Of a stretch of 64,000 nt of DNA, positions 1 to 13,006 are shown piece by piece. The notes beneath the pieces are model-generated. The model made no database searches and was not told the origin of the DNA. It was given only the letters and a program-made list of their open reading frames with translations. Numbering within the stretch: the stretch's first letter is position 1; each line of letters starts with the position of its first letter. Source of the stretch: Deltaproteobacteria bacterium (GTDB taxonomy: Bacteria; Myxococcota_A; UBA9160; SMWR01); the NCBI GenBank assembly GCA_032128375.1, contig JAQBGU010000095.1:1-64000 (forward strand). The letters are read 5' to 3'. Made by a program: the position numbers and the translations under genes.

Positions 1-165
1 GGTGACATTGCCGTTCTGACCCCCACCGGCGTGCGGATCATCGACCAGGACGCGCGCAGCGTAAACCGCCCCGTGCAACACATCATGTGGGATCCCGTGA
101 TGGCGGAAAAGGGCGGCTACAAGCACTTCATGCTCAAGGAAATCTTCGAGCAGCCGCGCGCCGTC
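1..165 (+). pseudogene. glmS: Internal fragment of glutamine--fructose-6-phosphate aminotransferase, breaking off at about 165
   Basis: Frame +1 reads GDIAVLTPTGVRIIDQD...AEKGGYKHFMLKEIFEQPRAV, the GlmS linker motif; the similarity then stops abruptly. Confidence 0.85.
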
Positions 166-274
166 CCGTCACCATCACGGGAGTTGCGACCACCAGCGTG
201 GCTTCGGTTTCCTTGTTGCAAGCTGGCAAAGTCGCGATTGACATCACCAGGAAAACAATGGGAAGTGATCTCAC
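134..274 (-). pseudogene. N-terminus of a lipoprotein, possibly an RND efflux periplasmic adaptor, truncated at about 166
   Basis: GTG overlaps the TetR stop (GTGA). Reads MRSLPIVFLVMSIATLPAC (lipobox) NKETEATLVVATPVMVT, then runs into antisense glmS sequence. Confidence 0.5.
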
Positions 275-900
275 GCGGTTTTCTCCTTGGCTTCGCACAG
301 GACTTGTTCGGGGCGGACCAGGCCATCGATCATGGCTTCGAGGGATGTTTCGAGCAGCGACTCCGACCACGCGTAGTCGGGTCGATTGGTCTGTAGCGAG
401 ATCAGGCCGTGCAACAGTGCCCAAAATGACTGCTGGACCGATGCGGTGTCATCGACCCGCAAGCGTGCTGATTCCGCCAGCGCCTGTAGCGGCTCCTCCA
501 GCAGCGCACGCGCCTGCTCACCGGAAGGCGGCGGCTCGGACGTTTCTTCTCGCGGCGTGGTGAGCAAGCGGTAGTGGGTCGGGTTGCGCAAAGCGAAGTC
601 GACGAATGCGGCGAACTGCGCGCGCAGGCGGTCGAGCGGGTCGGCGGCTCGCTGGACCCGCTCGAGCAACACGACGAGTTCGCGAAAGACCTCTTCGAGC
701 AGCGCATCGATGAGTCCGGTCTTGTCGCCGAAATGGCTGTAGATGGTCGGCGCCGTATAGCCACAGCGGCCGGCGAGCTTGCGCATCGTGAAATTCTCGT
801 AGCCGTCTTCGAGAAGGATCAATCCCGCCGCGTCGAGGATCGCGCGCTGCGCTTCGCGATGGCGGCGCTGACGGCGCAGTTCTGCCGTTTGGAGAGTCAC
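271..900 (-). CDS. TetR/AcrR family transcriptional regulator (WHG-type C-terminus)
   Basis: ILDAAGLILLEDGYENFTMRKLAGRCGYTAPTIYSHFGDK helix-turn-helix; FWALLHG; start could be 924. Confidence 0.9.
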   Translation of the reverse strand: MTLQTAELRRQRRHREAQRAILDAAGLILLEDGYENFTMRKLAGRCGYTAPTIYSHFGDKTGLIDALLEEVFRELVVLLERVQRAADPLDRLRAQFAAFVDFALRNPTHYRLLTTPREETSEPPPSGEQARALLEEPLQALAESARLRVDDTASVQQSFWALLHGLISLQTNRPDYAWSESLLETSLEAMIDGLVRPEQVLCEAKEKTA

Positions 901-1024
901 TGAAATATTGCCTCGTTTGATCAATCCCGATGCGCGGGCGCGCGATCCGGTGTTACGGCGCTTGCCTCATCGTGCGTGTCACGGGTCTGACGTCTCGTAT
1001 CTCGTCTCGGCTTTCTCGCGTTGC

Positions 1025-1081
1025 TGACGTTGTTAACGTCGTTAACAAGAATAACACCGTTACTGAATACTAACACGGTGA
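1025..1081. promoter_or_regulatory. Array of TAAC-N3-GTTA-like operator sites, probably bound by the TetR
   Basis: Palindrome TTGTTAAC-gtc-GTTAACAA at 1030-1048; related sites start at 1025, 1043, 1052 and 1071. Confidence 0.65.
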
Positions 1082-1288
1082 TACCACAGGCTGAGCGCTG
1101 GTCAACGGGTAGAGCTTCTCAGAAATGCCCGATGGGGTTTTGTAAAAATTGAAATTCCTATCTGAATTCCAACAGTTATATATGTGATCTGCCCCGTGAA
1201 GATTTTTCATCGACTCGCTGAGTTCGACGTCGAGCGCGGCTTCGACATAGAATGGGCCTGCTGGTCTTGACAGTTAGGAGAACTCGCC

Positions 1289-2905
1289 ATGTCCATGCAG
1301 TTTGCAACGCTCTGGGAGTCGATCGCCGACTCCATTCCCGAGACGGATGCGGTCATCCACGGAGAGGTTCGCCGCAGCTGGGGGGACTGGGACGAGCGAT
1401 CGGCCAGGCTGAGTGCTGCGTTCGCGGATGCGGGTCTTTTGGCTGGATCGAAAGTCGGGCTCTACCTGTATAACTCGGTCGAGTACTGCGAAGTCCAGTT
1501 TGCCGCGTTCAAGGGACGCGGCGTCCCGATCAACATCAACTACCGCTACCTCGATGATGAGCTCTTCTACCTGCTCGAGAACTCGGACTCTGAGGCGCTG
1601 GTATTTCACACGAGTCTCGGCGACCGAGTCGCCCGTGTGATGGATCGGTTGCCGAACATTCGACTCTGGATCGCCGTCGACGACGGTGGCGAGGCCGTTC
1701 CCGGTGCGATTGCGTACGAGGCGATCGTCGCCGGTCACGAACCCGCCAAGCGCATCGAGCGGTCCGAGAGCGATCTCTACATGCTCTACACCGGCGGCAC
1801 GACCGGAATGCCCAAGGGGGTGATGTACGAAATCGGCGGGATGACACGCAGCTTCATGGCAACCACCTATCCGTTGATGGGGCTCGCACCTCCCGATGCG
1901 GCAGAGGACGTCGGTCCGATGATCCGCAAGGCACACCAGGCGGGCCACAAGATGGTTGCGATTCCCGCGTGCCCGATGATGCACGGTACGGGTGGTTGGG
2001 TGGGCACGATGATGCCCCACTGTGCGGGAGGATCCGTGATCGCGCTCGAGGGACGATCGTTCGACGCACACGAGTTGTGGTCCGCCGCGCAACGCGAAAA
2101 AGCGACACAGCTCGTAATCGTCGGCGATGCGTTCGCAAAGCCGATGATTCGCGCGCTAGCCGAAGCCAAGGACGACGGCCGCGCCTACGATACCTCGTCG
2201 GTAAGACTGATCATTTCCTCGGGTGTGATGTGGACCCAAGAAGTCAAGACCGAGCTGCTCGAGTGGGGTGAGTACGCCTTGTTCGACGCGATGGGATCGA
2301 GCGAAGGTACGATGGGCAACCAGGTGACTTCTCGGGGCAATGTGGGTGGAACGGCCAAGTTCGCCATGTCGGATACCACCAAGGTCTTCAGCGAAGACGG
2401 CCGCGAGGTGGCGCCGGGATCGGGTGTGGCCGGGATGGTCGCGGCCGGCGGCAACGTGCCAATTGGCTACTACAAGGACGAGGAGAAATCGCGAGCGACC
2501 TTCCGGACAATCAACGGTGTTCGGTATTCGTTCCCCGGTGACTGGGCGACGGTCGAGGCCGACGGCACGCTGACGCTGCTGGGCCGCGGTTCGCAGTGTA
2601 TCAATACGGCCGGAGAGAAAGTCTATCCAGAAGAGGTAGAGGAAGCGCTGAAACGGCACCCCGAGATCATTGATTGTCTCGTGGTGGGTGTCCCCGATGA
2701 GAAGTTCGGCGAGCGTGTAACGGCGGTCGCATCCAGGGTCCCAGCGTCCGACGTCAGCGAGGCGGACCTCCGAGAATTCACGAAGACCCAGCTCGCCGCA
2801 TTCAAGGCACCCAAGCAGGTCTTCGTCGTCGACCACGTCGAGCGCGCACCGAACGGCAAGGCCGACTACAAGTGGGCAAAGGAGTACGTCGCAAAACACT
2901 CCTGA
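1289..2905 (+). CDS. Acyl-CoA synthetase (AMP-binding, FadD19-like)
   Basis: YTGGTTGMPKG, GSSEG, PGD, GRGSQCINTAGEKVYPEEVE, NGK; RBS AGGAG. Confidence 0.92.
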   Translation: MSMQFATLWESIADSIPETDAVIHGEVRRSWGDWDERSARLSAAFADAGLLAGSKVGLYLYNSVEYCEVQFAAFKGRGVPININYRYLDDELFYLLENSDSEALVFHTSLGDRVARVMDRLPNIRLWIAVDDGGEAVPGAIAYEAIVAGHEPAKRIERSESDLYMLYTGGTTGMPKGVMYEIGGMTRSFMATTYPLMGLAPPDAAEDVGPMIRKAHQAGHKMVAIPACPMMHGTGGWVGTMMPHCAGGSVIALEGRSFDAHELWSAAQREKATQLVIVGDAFAKPMIRALAEAKDDGRAYDTSSVRLIISSGVMWTQEVKTELLEWGEYALFDAMGSSEGTMGNQVTSRGNVGGTAKFAMSDTTKVFSEDGREVAPGSGVAGMVAAGGNVPIGYYKDEEKSRATFRTINGVRYSFPGDWATVEADGTLTLLGRGSQCINTAGEKVYPEEVEEALKRHPEIIDCLVVGVPDEKFGERVTAVASRVPASDVSEADLREFTKTQLAAFKAPKQVFVVDHVERAPNGKADYKWAKEYVAKHS

Positions 2906-3009
2906 CTGAATATGTGTCGAGTGCTCGAGGTCAACAAGTCATGGAATCAAGCGCGACGGCGTGGTGATCACGACATAGCACGTAGAAGGTGGGCATCACG
3001 ACGACTTGA

Positions 3010-3597
3010 TCACGGCTGCCGAGCCTGGGACAGCCCGCGCTTTTCGATCTCGCGCGGCAGGCGTTCCGCGTCGGAGCTCTTCAGGGCGGTCTTGTCCTTC
3101 TCGTCGAGCTTGCCCGCTTGATCGCGGAACATCTTGACGCCGTCGTAGACGATCCACTTCTCTGGGATGACCTCGAGCACGACGCGTAGCGGGGAATCGA
3201 GGAACTTGCAGAACACCTCGGCCGCCTCGCTGTTGCCTTGATAAAGGTGCGACGAGAAAGCCGGGTAGAACCAATTCTTGGTCTCGCTGTCTTCGTGGAC
3301 GATGCAGCGTCCCTTGGCGGTGGCCGACTTGCCGCCGCCGAGCTTTGTTCCGGTGCTCGTGACCACGACCGACACCCGGTCGTCGCGACGCACCGCGGAA
3401 ATGCGATGGCGATGCACACCAGCGGTCAGCCAGAAACGACCGTCTTTCCACAAGTACGACATGATCACGCCGATCGGCCAGCCCTGCTGGGTCGACCACA
3501 TGAACGTGCATTCGTTGTGTTCGCTCAGCAGCTTCTCTCGGCCCGCGTCGTCGAGGCCGTAGATCGATACCTGTTCATAGCTCGCGAGTTCGGACAT
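3010..3597 (-). CDS. Pyridoxamine 5'-phosphate oxidase-like (split-barrel, possibly F420-binding) protein
   Basis: GWPIGVIMSY..DGRFWLT...RRDDRVSVVV...GRC pattern; RBS AAGGAG. Confidence 0.65.
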   Translation of the reverse strand: MSELASYEQVSIYGLDDAGREKLLSEHNECTFMWSTQQGWPIGVIMSYLWKDGRFWLTAGVHRHRISAVRRDDRVSVVVTSTGTKLGGGKSATAKGRCIVHEDSETKNWFYPAFSSHLYQGNSEAAEVFCKFLDSPLRVVLEVIPEKWIVYDGVKMFRDQAGKLDEKDKTALKSSDAERLPREIEKRGLSQARQP

Positions 3598-3731
3598 CGA
3601 CTCTCCTTGGCAATGTGGCGGGGGCAGGGGTGCCAGCCGACGCAGACTCTAGTCGATTCCGCTGTGCGGCGAACGCCTCAGATTCTCAGTGCTGAGCTAT
3701 GTTTCTCGGCTCACAGCAGTCTGGGGACAAC

Positions 3732-4355
3732 ATGCACGCACGCAAGATCCGGGAAAACAAAGAATTCGAGCTGCGCGGCGTCAACCATCTCGCATTGGTG
3801 TGTAAAGACATGGCGAAGACGGTCGACTTTTATTCGAATGTGTTGGGGATGCCGCTGATCAAGACGCTGGAACTCCCCGGCGGATTCGGGCAGCACTTCT
3901 TCTTCGATATCGGCCGCGGCGACTCGCTGGCATTCTTCTGGTTTCCCGATTCGCCCGATCGGGCCCCGGGGATCGCTTCTCCCTCCGCGATGGTCGGCGC
4001 GGGATCGATTGCCACCGCCCACGGATCGATGAATCACATCGCGTTCGACGTCGACGCGGAGAAGATGGAAGAGTATCGCGAGCGACTTTCCGCCAAAGGA
4101 ATCGAGGTCACCGAAATCGTCAATCACGACAACTCGCCCATGCAGTCGAGTCCGACTGTCACCGACGACGTGTTCGTGCGTTCGATGTACTTCTTCGACC
4201 CCGATGGGATCATGCTGGAGTTCGCCGCCTGGACCCGGGAACTGCGACCCGACGAAGCGGAACACACCGGCGTGGGACCGACCGACAAGCAACGATATGC
4301 CGCGCAGCAGCGGGAGTTCATCGCAGAGCTGATCCGCGTGTCCCAAAAGCAGTAG
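3732..4355 (+). CDS. VOC (glyoxalase-like) family protein
   Basis: GVNHLALVCKDMAKTVDFYSNVLGM; MNHIAF; SMYFFDPDGIMLEF. Confidence 0.9.
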   Translation: MHARKIRENKEFELRGVNHLALVCKDMAKTVDFYSNVLGMPLIKTLELPGGFGQHFFFDIGRGDSLAFFWFPDSPDRAPGIASPSAMVGAGSIATAHGSMNHIAFDVDAEKMEEYRERLSAKGIEVTEIVNHDNSPMQSSPTVTDDVFVRSMYFFDPDGIMLEFAAWTRELRPDEAEHTGVGPTDKQRYAAQQREFIAELIRVSQKQ

Positions 4356-4619
4356 GTTCAAAGAAGGATCTCCAGCGAGAGTTCGAGGGCGCGAGCGTTG
4401 GCGGCGAGACGGCAGCCGGAGTGATCGCCCGAATCGATCCCCTGAGCGCGTCGGCTCCAGAACCTCCAGCACTTCTCGAAGCTGGGCTCATGGTCCGCCC
4501 GCTCGACTCCAAGCCGAGTCCACGCAATTTCTTTCGCCCGATCCGGTCGACTGTATTGCGGCGGTGGCACGTCGCGTCTACTCATTGCGCGCGCACGAAA
4601 TACCGGTACTGGAGATCGC

Positions 4620-6074
4620 ATGAGATCGCTTTTCGTTGGGACCGTTGTACTCGCGTTCACGGCCGGAGCGCCTGTTGCCTGGGCGGCTTCCGACACTGGA
4701 CCGACGGTGGCGGAGGAGCTGCTGGACATCGTTCGAGCTGCCGGAATCATCGACGACGCGAAGTACGAAGAGCTGCGAGAGCGCGCGCAGCAAGAGCACA
4801 AGCAGCGCGTCGAGGAGGCGGTCCGAGAGGCGGTCGCGGTCGCCGAGGCCGCGAAGCCGGTGCCGACCTCCTCTGAGCCCGAGCCCGCGCCGACCGACTG
4901 GACGGCGACATGGAACAACGGCTTCAAGGTCGAGCGCAACGACGGCGCGTTCAAGCTGAGTTTCGGCGGGCGCGTTCAGAACGACTGGGCACTGATCGAT
5001 GAATCCAACGAGCTCGAAGAGAGCATTGGCGGCGAGGGAAACGGTACCGAGTTCCGGCGCGCCTATCTGTTCTTCGAGGGCACGGTTTACGACCGGTTGA
5101 TCCTAAAATCTCAGTTCGATCTTGCGAGTACCGGAAGCGGCACGGTCACTTTCAGGGATGTGTACATGGGGCTGAAGGATCTCGGCCCGATTGGGACGGC
5201 CTGGGTCGGACACAAGAAAGAACCGTTCTCGCTGGAAGAGTTGACCAGCGACAAGTACCTGACTTTTCTGGAGCGCGGACTACCGAACGTCTTCGCACCG
5301 AGCCGCAACACCGGGTTGATGGCAGCCAATACCGCGTTCGACGAGAAGCTGCTGTGGGGGTTCGGGATCTTCCACGATGCGAACGGGGACGGGTTCGGGT
5401 TCGACGACAATTCGGCTTGGAACGTGACCGGTCGAGTTGCGGCGACTCCCTTCTACGCCGACGACGGGGCCAGGGTGGTCCACCTTGGCGTCGGCTTCTC
5501 GCACGAATTCCGGGGTGGTGATTTTGCCCAGAGCTACCAGCAACGACCGGAATCGCACCTGGCCGCGAAATTTCTGGACACCGAAGACATACCGACTGAC
5601 GACATCAACTTGTTAGGCGTCGAATTCGCGACCGTGATGGGGCCGGCGTCGTTTCAGGCGGAGTACATGCACAGCTGGGTCGAGGGTAGGCACTCACCCG
5701 ACACAGACTTCTGGGGCGCCTACGCGCAGGCCAGTTTCTTCTTGACCGGAGAGCACCGCAACTACACACTCGACCAGAGAACCTTCGGCCGCGTCAAGCC
5801 CGGCAAGAACTTCAACCCCCAGCGGGGCGACTGGGGGGCATGGGAGATCGCGGCGCGCTTTTCGTACCTGGACCTCGAGGACCAAGTTGCCGAAGGCGGC
5901 AAGATGTGGGACGTGACCGCCGCGTTGAACTGGTACCTGTATCCGAACGCGCGCGTGATGTTGAACTACATCCACTCCCACGTAGCGGACCGAGTCGTGG
6001 TCGGGACGCCGCTGCTACAGGGGGTAGACGGCGACGCTGACATCCTGCAAGCCAGGTTTCAGTTCGACTTCTGA
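4620..6074 (+). CDS. OprO/OprP-family (phosphate-selective type) porin
   Basis: Signal peptide; GTEFRRA, GHKKEPFSLEELTS..FLER, SFFLTGEHR, GAWEIAARFS, ALNWY; C-terminal FQFDF. Confidence 0.88.
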   Translation: MRSLFVGTVVLAFTAGAPVAWAASDTGPTVAEELLDIVRAAGIIDDAKYEELRERAQQEHKQRVEEAVREAVAVAEAAKPVPTSSEPEPAPTDWTATWNNGFKVERNDGAFKLSFGGRVQNDWALIDESNELEESIGGEGNGTEFRRAYLFFEGTVYDRLILKSQFDLASTGSGTVTFRDVYMGLKDLGPIGTAWVGHKKEPFSLEELTSDKYLTFLERGLPNVFAPSRNTGLMAANTAFDEKLLWGFGIFHDANGDGFGFDDNSAWNVTGRVAATPFYADDGARVVHLGVGFSHEFRGGDFAQSYQQRPESHLAAKFLDTEDIPTDDINLLGVEFATVMGPASFQAEYMHSWVEGRHSPDTDFWGAYAQASFFLTGEHRNYTLDQRTFGRVKPGKNFNPQRGDWGAWEIAARFSYLDLEDQVAEGGKMWDVTAALNWYLYPNARVMLNYIHSHVADRVVVGTPLLQGVDGDADILQARFQFDF

Positions 6075-6224
6075 CCTGACGGCCTTCAGCGCACCTGTGG
6101 CAGTTCGACCGGCCAGGTGGGACCCGAGCCGAGAGTCATGAGCACGATCCTCGCTGGCGCCGATTCACCGTTCGTTTGCGAGACCCTGGCCGAATCGGCT
6201 TCCGGCTGATATCAACCGGACCTC

Positions 6225-7901
6225 ATGGCACACCAGTTCGTATTCACGATGCACGACCTGAAGAAGGTCGTGCCGCCCGACAAGATCATCCTGGACGGCA
6301 TCACCCTCGCGTTCCTTCCCGGCGCCAAGATCGGCGTGCTCGGCGCCAACGGTGCGGGCAAGAGCACATTGCTGAAGATCATGGCTTCGATCGATACCGA
6401 TTTTCTCGGTGAGGCGAAGCCGGCTGACGGACTCCGCGCCGGCTACCTCCCGCAGGAGCCGGAACTCGACGAGACGAAAGACGTGTTGGGCAATGTCGAA
6501 GAGGGGGTTGCCGAGACCCGCGCGCTGCTTCAGAAATTCGAGAAGATCAGCGAACGGTTCGCAGAGCCGCTCGATGACGACGCAATGACCGCGTTGCTCG
6601 ATGAACAGGGCAAGCTCCAGGACCAGATCGACGCCATCGACGCCTGGAACCTCGATCGCACCCTCGAGGTGGCGATGGACGCACTGCGTGTGCCACCGGG
6701 TGATACAGCAGTACAGACGCTGTCGGGCGGCGAACGTCGTAGAGTCGCGCTGTGTAGACTGCTGCTGCAAAAGCCCGACCTGTTGTTGCTCGACGAGCCG
6801 ACCAACCACCTCGACGCCGAATCCGTCGCATGGCTCGAGCGCTTCTTGCAGGAATACCCCGGTACTGTGGTTGCGGTCACTCACGATCGCTACTTCCTCG
6901 ACAACGCCGCGGGTTGGATTCTCGAACTCGATCGCGGAAAGGGGATTCCGTGGAAGGGCAACTACTCGTCCTGGCTCGACCAGAAGCAACAGCGGATCGT
7001 CGCCGAAGAGAAGAAGTCGACCGCCAGAAGCCGCACGCTCGAGCGCGAACTCGAATGGGTGCGGATGAGCCCGCGCGGGCGTCGAGCCAAGAGCAAGGCG
7101 CGCATCAGCGCGTTCGAAGCGCTCGTCAGCGAGGAAGAAAAGCGCATTCCCGAATCGGTCGAGATCCTGATCCCCCCCGGTCCCCGGCTAGGCGACGTCG
7201 TCGTCGAAGCCGAAAACCTCAGCAAGGGTTTCGGCGATCGATTGCTGATCGATGACCTGAGCTTCTCGCTGCCCCCCGGCGGGATCGTCGGCGTGATCGG
7301 CGGCAATGGCGCTGGCAAGACCACGCTGTTTCGCATGATCACTGGCGACGAAAAGCCCGATTCCGGCTCGCTTCGCCTGGGCGAGACAGTGAAGGTTGCC
7401 CACGTCGACCAGAGTCGAGCCAACCTCGACGCGCAGAAGACCGTTTGGGAGGAAATCAGCGGTGGTCTGGACCGGATTCAGATCGGTCGCCGCGAGCTCA
7501 ATTCGCGCGCCTACGTTGGATCTTTCAACTTCAAGGGTGCGGACCAACAGAAACGAGTCGGGACCCTGTCTGGCGGAGAGCGCAACCGGCTCCACCTCGC
7601 GAAACTACTGCAGAGCGGTGGCAACCTGTTGCTTCTCGACGAACCGACCAACGACCTCGATGTCGATACGCTGCGTGCGCTGGAAGACGCGTTGCTGGGC
7701 TTTTCAGGGTGTTCGGTCGTGATCAGCCATGACCGCTGGTTCCTCGACCGCATCGCGACCCACCTCCTGGCCTTCGAGGGCGACAGCCACGTCGAATGGT
7801 TCGAAGGCAACTACGAGGATTATGAAAAGGACCGCCGCAAGCGACTCGGAGCTGACGCGGAGAATCCGCACCGGTTGAAGTATCGGAGAATCGACGCCTA
7901 G
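6225..7901 (+). CDS. ettA: Energy-dependent translational throttle protein EttA (ABC-F)
   Basis: Two ABC domains; [50 protein letters not shown]. Confidence 0.95.
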   Translation: MAHQFVFTMHDLKKVVPPDKIILDGITLAFLPGAKIGVLGANGAGKSTLLKIMASIDTDFLGEAKPADGLRAGYLPQEPELDETKDVLGNVEEGVAETRALLQKFEKISERFAEPLDDDAMTALLDEQGKLQDQIDAIDAWNLDRTLEVAMDALRVPPGDTAVQTLSGGERRRVALCRLLLQKPDLLLLDEPTNHLDAESVAWLERFLQEYPGTVVAVTHDRYFLDNAAGWILELDRGKGIPWKGNYSSWLDQKQQRIVAEEKKSTARSRTLERELEWVRMSPRGRRAKSKARISAFEALVSEEEKRIPESVEILIPPGPRLGDVVVEAENLSKGFGDRLLIDDLSFSLPPGGIVGVIGGNGAGKTTLFRMITGDEKPDSGSLRLGETVKVAHVDQSRANLDAQKTVWEEISGGLDRIQIGRRELNSRAYVGSFNFKGADQQKRVGTLSGGERNRLHLAKLLQSGGNLLLLDEPTNDLDVDTLRALEDALLGFSGCSVVISHDRWFLDRIATHLLAFEGDSHVEWFEGNYEDYEKDRRKRLGADAENPHRLKYRRIDA

Positions 7902-7923
7902 TGGATCCAACTGGCCCTGGGGA

Positions 7924-10587
7924 TCACATTCCCGATGCCGGGGACCCCTGCAGCGCTCGTCTCATCGTCTCGCGTGCCGCGCGCGTTTCGAGTACTTCCG
8001 AGCTCGTCTCGCCCAGAGTCGGTTCCAGGATCGAGAGTGATGCTCCGAGGGTGCGCTCGGCTTCGGTGTAGTTCTTCAGCGATGCGTATGTCTGACCCAG
8101 GTCCTTCAGAAATAGACCGAGTTCCGGCGTATCCGTAGCGACGCTGGCTTCGAGCATCGGGAGCGCTCGCTCGTAGTGAATCTGCGCTGTGCCAAACGAT
8201 GCTTGGCTCTGGAACACCTTACCCAGGTGCTGGAGGCTGAGTCCCAGACTCAGCGTACTGGGCGTATCGCTGTGTTCGAGGATCGCGATCGAACGGCGGA
8301 ATAGCGACTCGGCGCGCACGTACTCGGCCCGGTCGAGCATCAATACGCCGAGTCCATCGAGTGCTGGCACGAGCCGAGGATCGTCCTTGCCCAGCGCATG
8401 CTCGTCGATCGCCAGAGATCTTCGGTAGTTCGCTTCGGCGACTTCCGTCTTACCCAGATCGCGGGAGGTGTCGGCGAGTTCGTACAGAATTCGAGCGACT
8501 GCCGCGTGTTCGGGACCGTACGCCCGTGTGAGTACGTCGAGTGAGCGTTCGTAGAGCGATTCGGCCTCTAGATTGCGTCCAGTGGCGCGATTGATCGATG
8601 CGAGGTTTGCGAGTACCGAGCCGAGTTCACGCAGGTTCGTTTGCTCCGCTGTGTCCAATAGTGCGGCGGCGCGCAGGTACAAAGGCTCGGCCTCCGCGGT
8701 TTGATTTTGTTGCAACAGGCAATCGGCGAGACCGCTCAGGCCGAACGCGAGGGCGCGCGGCACCGGCGGCTGCGTCTGTTCGAGGATCGCGATCGCGCGT
8801 TCGAAGTACGACTGCGCTTTTGCGTACTCGCCGAGTTCGAGGTTGACGCTGGCGAGACCGACCAGCGGTTTCGCGACCGACGGGTGATCGAATCCGAGCT
8901 TCTCGCTGATCTCGAGCATCTGCGTGTACAACGTGAGAGCCGTGCTGTAGTCGCGCTGAGCTGCCCAACTCGCGGCTTGGTTGTAGCGGGCACGCTCGAC
9001 GTTTTCATCGTGCTGACCCAGCTGCTCTTCAAAGATCGGAATCGCCTGGCTGTAGAGCGCAATGGCCTCTGTGAATCGCGATTGGCTCTGTCGAAGCAGG
9101 GCCAGGTTCGCAGAAGTTTCCGCGATGCTCAGCGGGTCGTCGGGAGCAGAGTCCTGCCAAATCGCCCACGCGCGCACCAGCGCCGCGTTCGCCTCATAAT
9201 ATTCGTCGCGTGCGAGATGCAACCCGCCGATCGCGGAGAGCGTATCGGCGACGGTCCGATGACTCGGACCGAACGCGCGCTCCTTCAGGCTGACCGCCCG
9301 GTCGAGAACCACGCCAGCTTCGTCGAACTCACCCTGAAACAACAGCACGTCGCCCAGGTTGTGCAGAGCCATACCGATCTCTGGATGATCGTTCCCCATC
9401 ACTTCTCGCTGGATATCGAGCGCGGTGCGGCTGGCGGCCACGGCGGCCGCGTAGTCCCCGCGATGCTTGTGCAAAACCGCCAGGTTGTTGTGGATCGCCG
9501 CCACCTGGCGATGACGCGGCCCGAGCAACCGTGTGCGTATCTGCAGAGCCTCGTTGAAAAGCGACTGGGCTTCGCCGTAGTTGCGCATGTACTGGTGGAC
9601 CAGTGCGATGTTGTTCAGCGTCGACGCGACCGTCAGGCTTTCGCGTCCGTAGGCATTTTGGCGGATATCGAGCGCCTTGCCGTGCAAGACCAACGCGTCA
9701 TCGAAGCGCCGCTGAAGTGCCCAGACGGCGGCTATCTCGTTGATCGTGACGGCAGTGGCCGTGTGAAATTCGCCCAGTTGCGATTCGCGGAACTCACGCG
9801 CATTTTCCAGCAGGCGCAGCGCCTCGTCGTACCGACCCGTGAGGCGATACAGCGACCCCGCGTGGGTCAGCACCTCTGCGGCGAAAAGATCGTCCCAGCC
9901 CGTTTCGACGTCCAAGATGTCCAGCGCCCGCAGGTAGAGCCGCTCTGCGTGCTGGTAGTTGCCGCGATCGTGATTCACGACTGCGTAGTTGTGCACAGTC
10001 TCGGCAAGGCTCAGATCGTAATGGCCGAGGATCTCTTCCCGGATCGAGATGGCTCGTTCGTAGAGCGGTGTTGCGTCCGTTCGGAGTCCTTGCGCCTCGT
10101 AGGCATTCGCCAAGCGCTCGAGTGCTTCGGCCAGCGCGATGTTGTCTTCGCTGATGTCGTTCTGGCGGACTTCCAGCGCCCGCTCGTACAAACGCGACGC
10201 GCGGTCGAATTTCCCCTGAACCATGTAGACGCCAGCGAGCGCTTCGACGCCCTGCGCGAAGTGGTCGTCAGCTGTCCTACCACTGCGTTCCTGCAGTTCG
10301 AGCCAGCGCTCGAGCAACGAACGCGCCTCGTCGAAGCGCTGTTGGTGGATGGCAAGATTCGACAACACGAACAGGCTCTGTTCGAGCCGGGGGCTGTCGT
10401 CCCCCAATGCCTCAGATTCGGCCAGTGCCTCGCGCCATATCAGGTAGGCGTCTTCCGTGCGACCCTCGCGGTACGCCAGTGCGCCATCGTCGAGCGGGCT
10501 GATCGGAGGCGTCGATGCGCATCCGGTGAGCCAGGCGATCGCGATCGCGAACCGTAGCGTGCGACGACAGTCTCTCAGACTCTGCAT
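7924..10587 (-). CDS. Tetratricopeptide-repeat lipoprotein (about 42-aa kinesin-light-chain-like repeats)
   Basis: Lipobox LTGC; repeated A..LNNLA......G.Y..A..LY.RAL.I.E..LG..H units across the whole protein. Confidence 0.88.
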   Translation of the reverse strand: MQSLRDCRRTLRFAIAIAWLTGCASTPPISPLDDGALAYREGRTEDAYLIWREALAESEALGDDSPRLEQSLFVLSNLAIHQQRFDEARSLLERWLELQERSGRTADDHFAQGVEALAGVYMVQGKFDRASRLYERALEVRQNDISEDNIALAEALERLANAYEAQGLRTDATPLYERAISIREEILGHYDLSLAETVHNYAVVNHDRGNYQHAERLYLRALDILDVETGWDDLFAAEVLTHAGSLYRLTGRYDEALRLLENAREFRESQLGEFHTATAVTINEIAAVWALQRRFDDALVLHGKALDIRQNAYGRESLTVASTLNNIALVHQYMRNYGEAQSLFNEALQIRTRLLGPRHRQVAAIHNNLAVLHKHRGDYAAAVAASRTALDIQREVMGNDHPEIGMALHNLGDVLLFQGEFDEAGVVLDRAVSLKERAFGPSHRTVADTLSAIGGLHLARDEYYEANAALVRAWAIWQDSAPDDPLSIAETSANLALLRQSQSRFTEAIALYSQAIPIFEEQLGQHDENVERARYNQAASWAAQRDYSTALTLYTQMLEISEKLGFDHPSVAKPLVGLASVNLELGEYAKAQSYFERAIAILEQTQPPVPRALAFGLSGLADCLLQQNQTAEAEPLYLRAAALLDTAEQTNLRELGSVLANLASINRATGRNLEAESLYERSLDVLTRAYGPEHAAVARILYELADTSRDLGKTEVAEANYRRSLAIDEHALGKDDPRLVPALDGLGVLMLDRAEYVRAESLFRRSIAILEHSDTPSTLSLGLSLQHLGKVFQSQASFGTAQIHYERALPMLEASVATDTPELGLFLKDLGQTYASLKNYTEAERTLGASLSILEPTLGETSSEVLETRAARETMRRALQGSPASGM

Positions 10588-11055
10588 GTTCCCACTCCGG
10601 CCCGGAACTCGCGCTGACATCGCCGCGAAACCGCGGTCTGCGCATGCCGAATGCCCGCCTTGCTGCGCGTAACCGGCCTTCGACTATTCGGCGCCCGACG
10701 GGCCATCTGTAGCGCGTAGTCTGAGTGGAGCCCGGATCGTCGAACATCCTTCGCAGCTCACGGCAAGCTTCCGCCGTGGATACAGTGAGCGGGCCGATCG
10801 CGATCGCTGACGGCCGTATTGGGGCCGCCTCCAGGCCGCAACGAATCCGCAGGATTCGCCGCGCAGCCGGCCGAGCTGGCAGGAGATCCAGAGCGGGTCA
10901 TCAACAGCGCGAAATCCCGCTTGGGGCCTTCGGTTTCCGGCCCGCGAACCGGCTGCCTCTGTGCGCCTTCAGCGCCCTGCCGAAAGTACGCAATTCCGGG
11001 CCCAGAAATTCCGATGGGTGGTGATTGCTGGATGTCTGCTAGGTTGCGCGCGCCA

Positions 11056-12864
<1,809 letters not shown>

Positions 12865-13006
12865 TCGCGCACTGGCTTTTCACGGTCCAAAGGTCGCCAG
12901 GCTGCACTCTTGTTGGTTTTCGCGGGCCGCCAGCCTCCCATCTCAGGTTCGCTGCGTCCCGCAGTCTCGCTGGAAGGGGGTCGGAAATTTCACCGGGTCG
13001 CGACCT

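Noticed and set aside
8701..10557. 618-aa ORF on the + strand, and similar long ORFs such as 20263-22275 (+) and 40716-42311 (-)
   Set aside because: Antisense shadows of well-supported genes, as expected in high-GC DNA; no recognisable motifs.
10621..11055. Hairpins in the TPR-typA intergenic region
   Set aside because: Short GC-rich stems with no recognisable RNA family signature.
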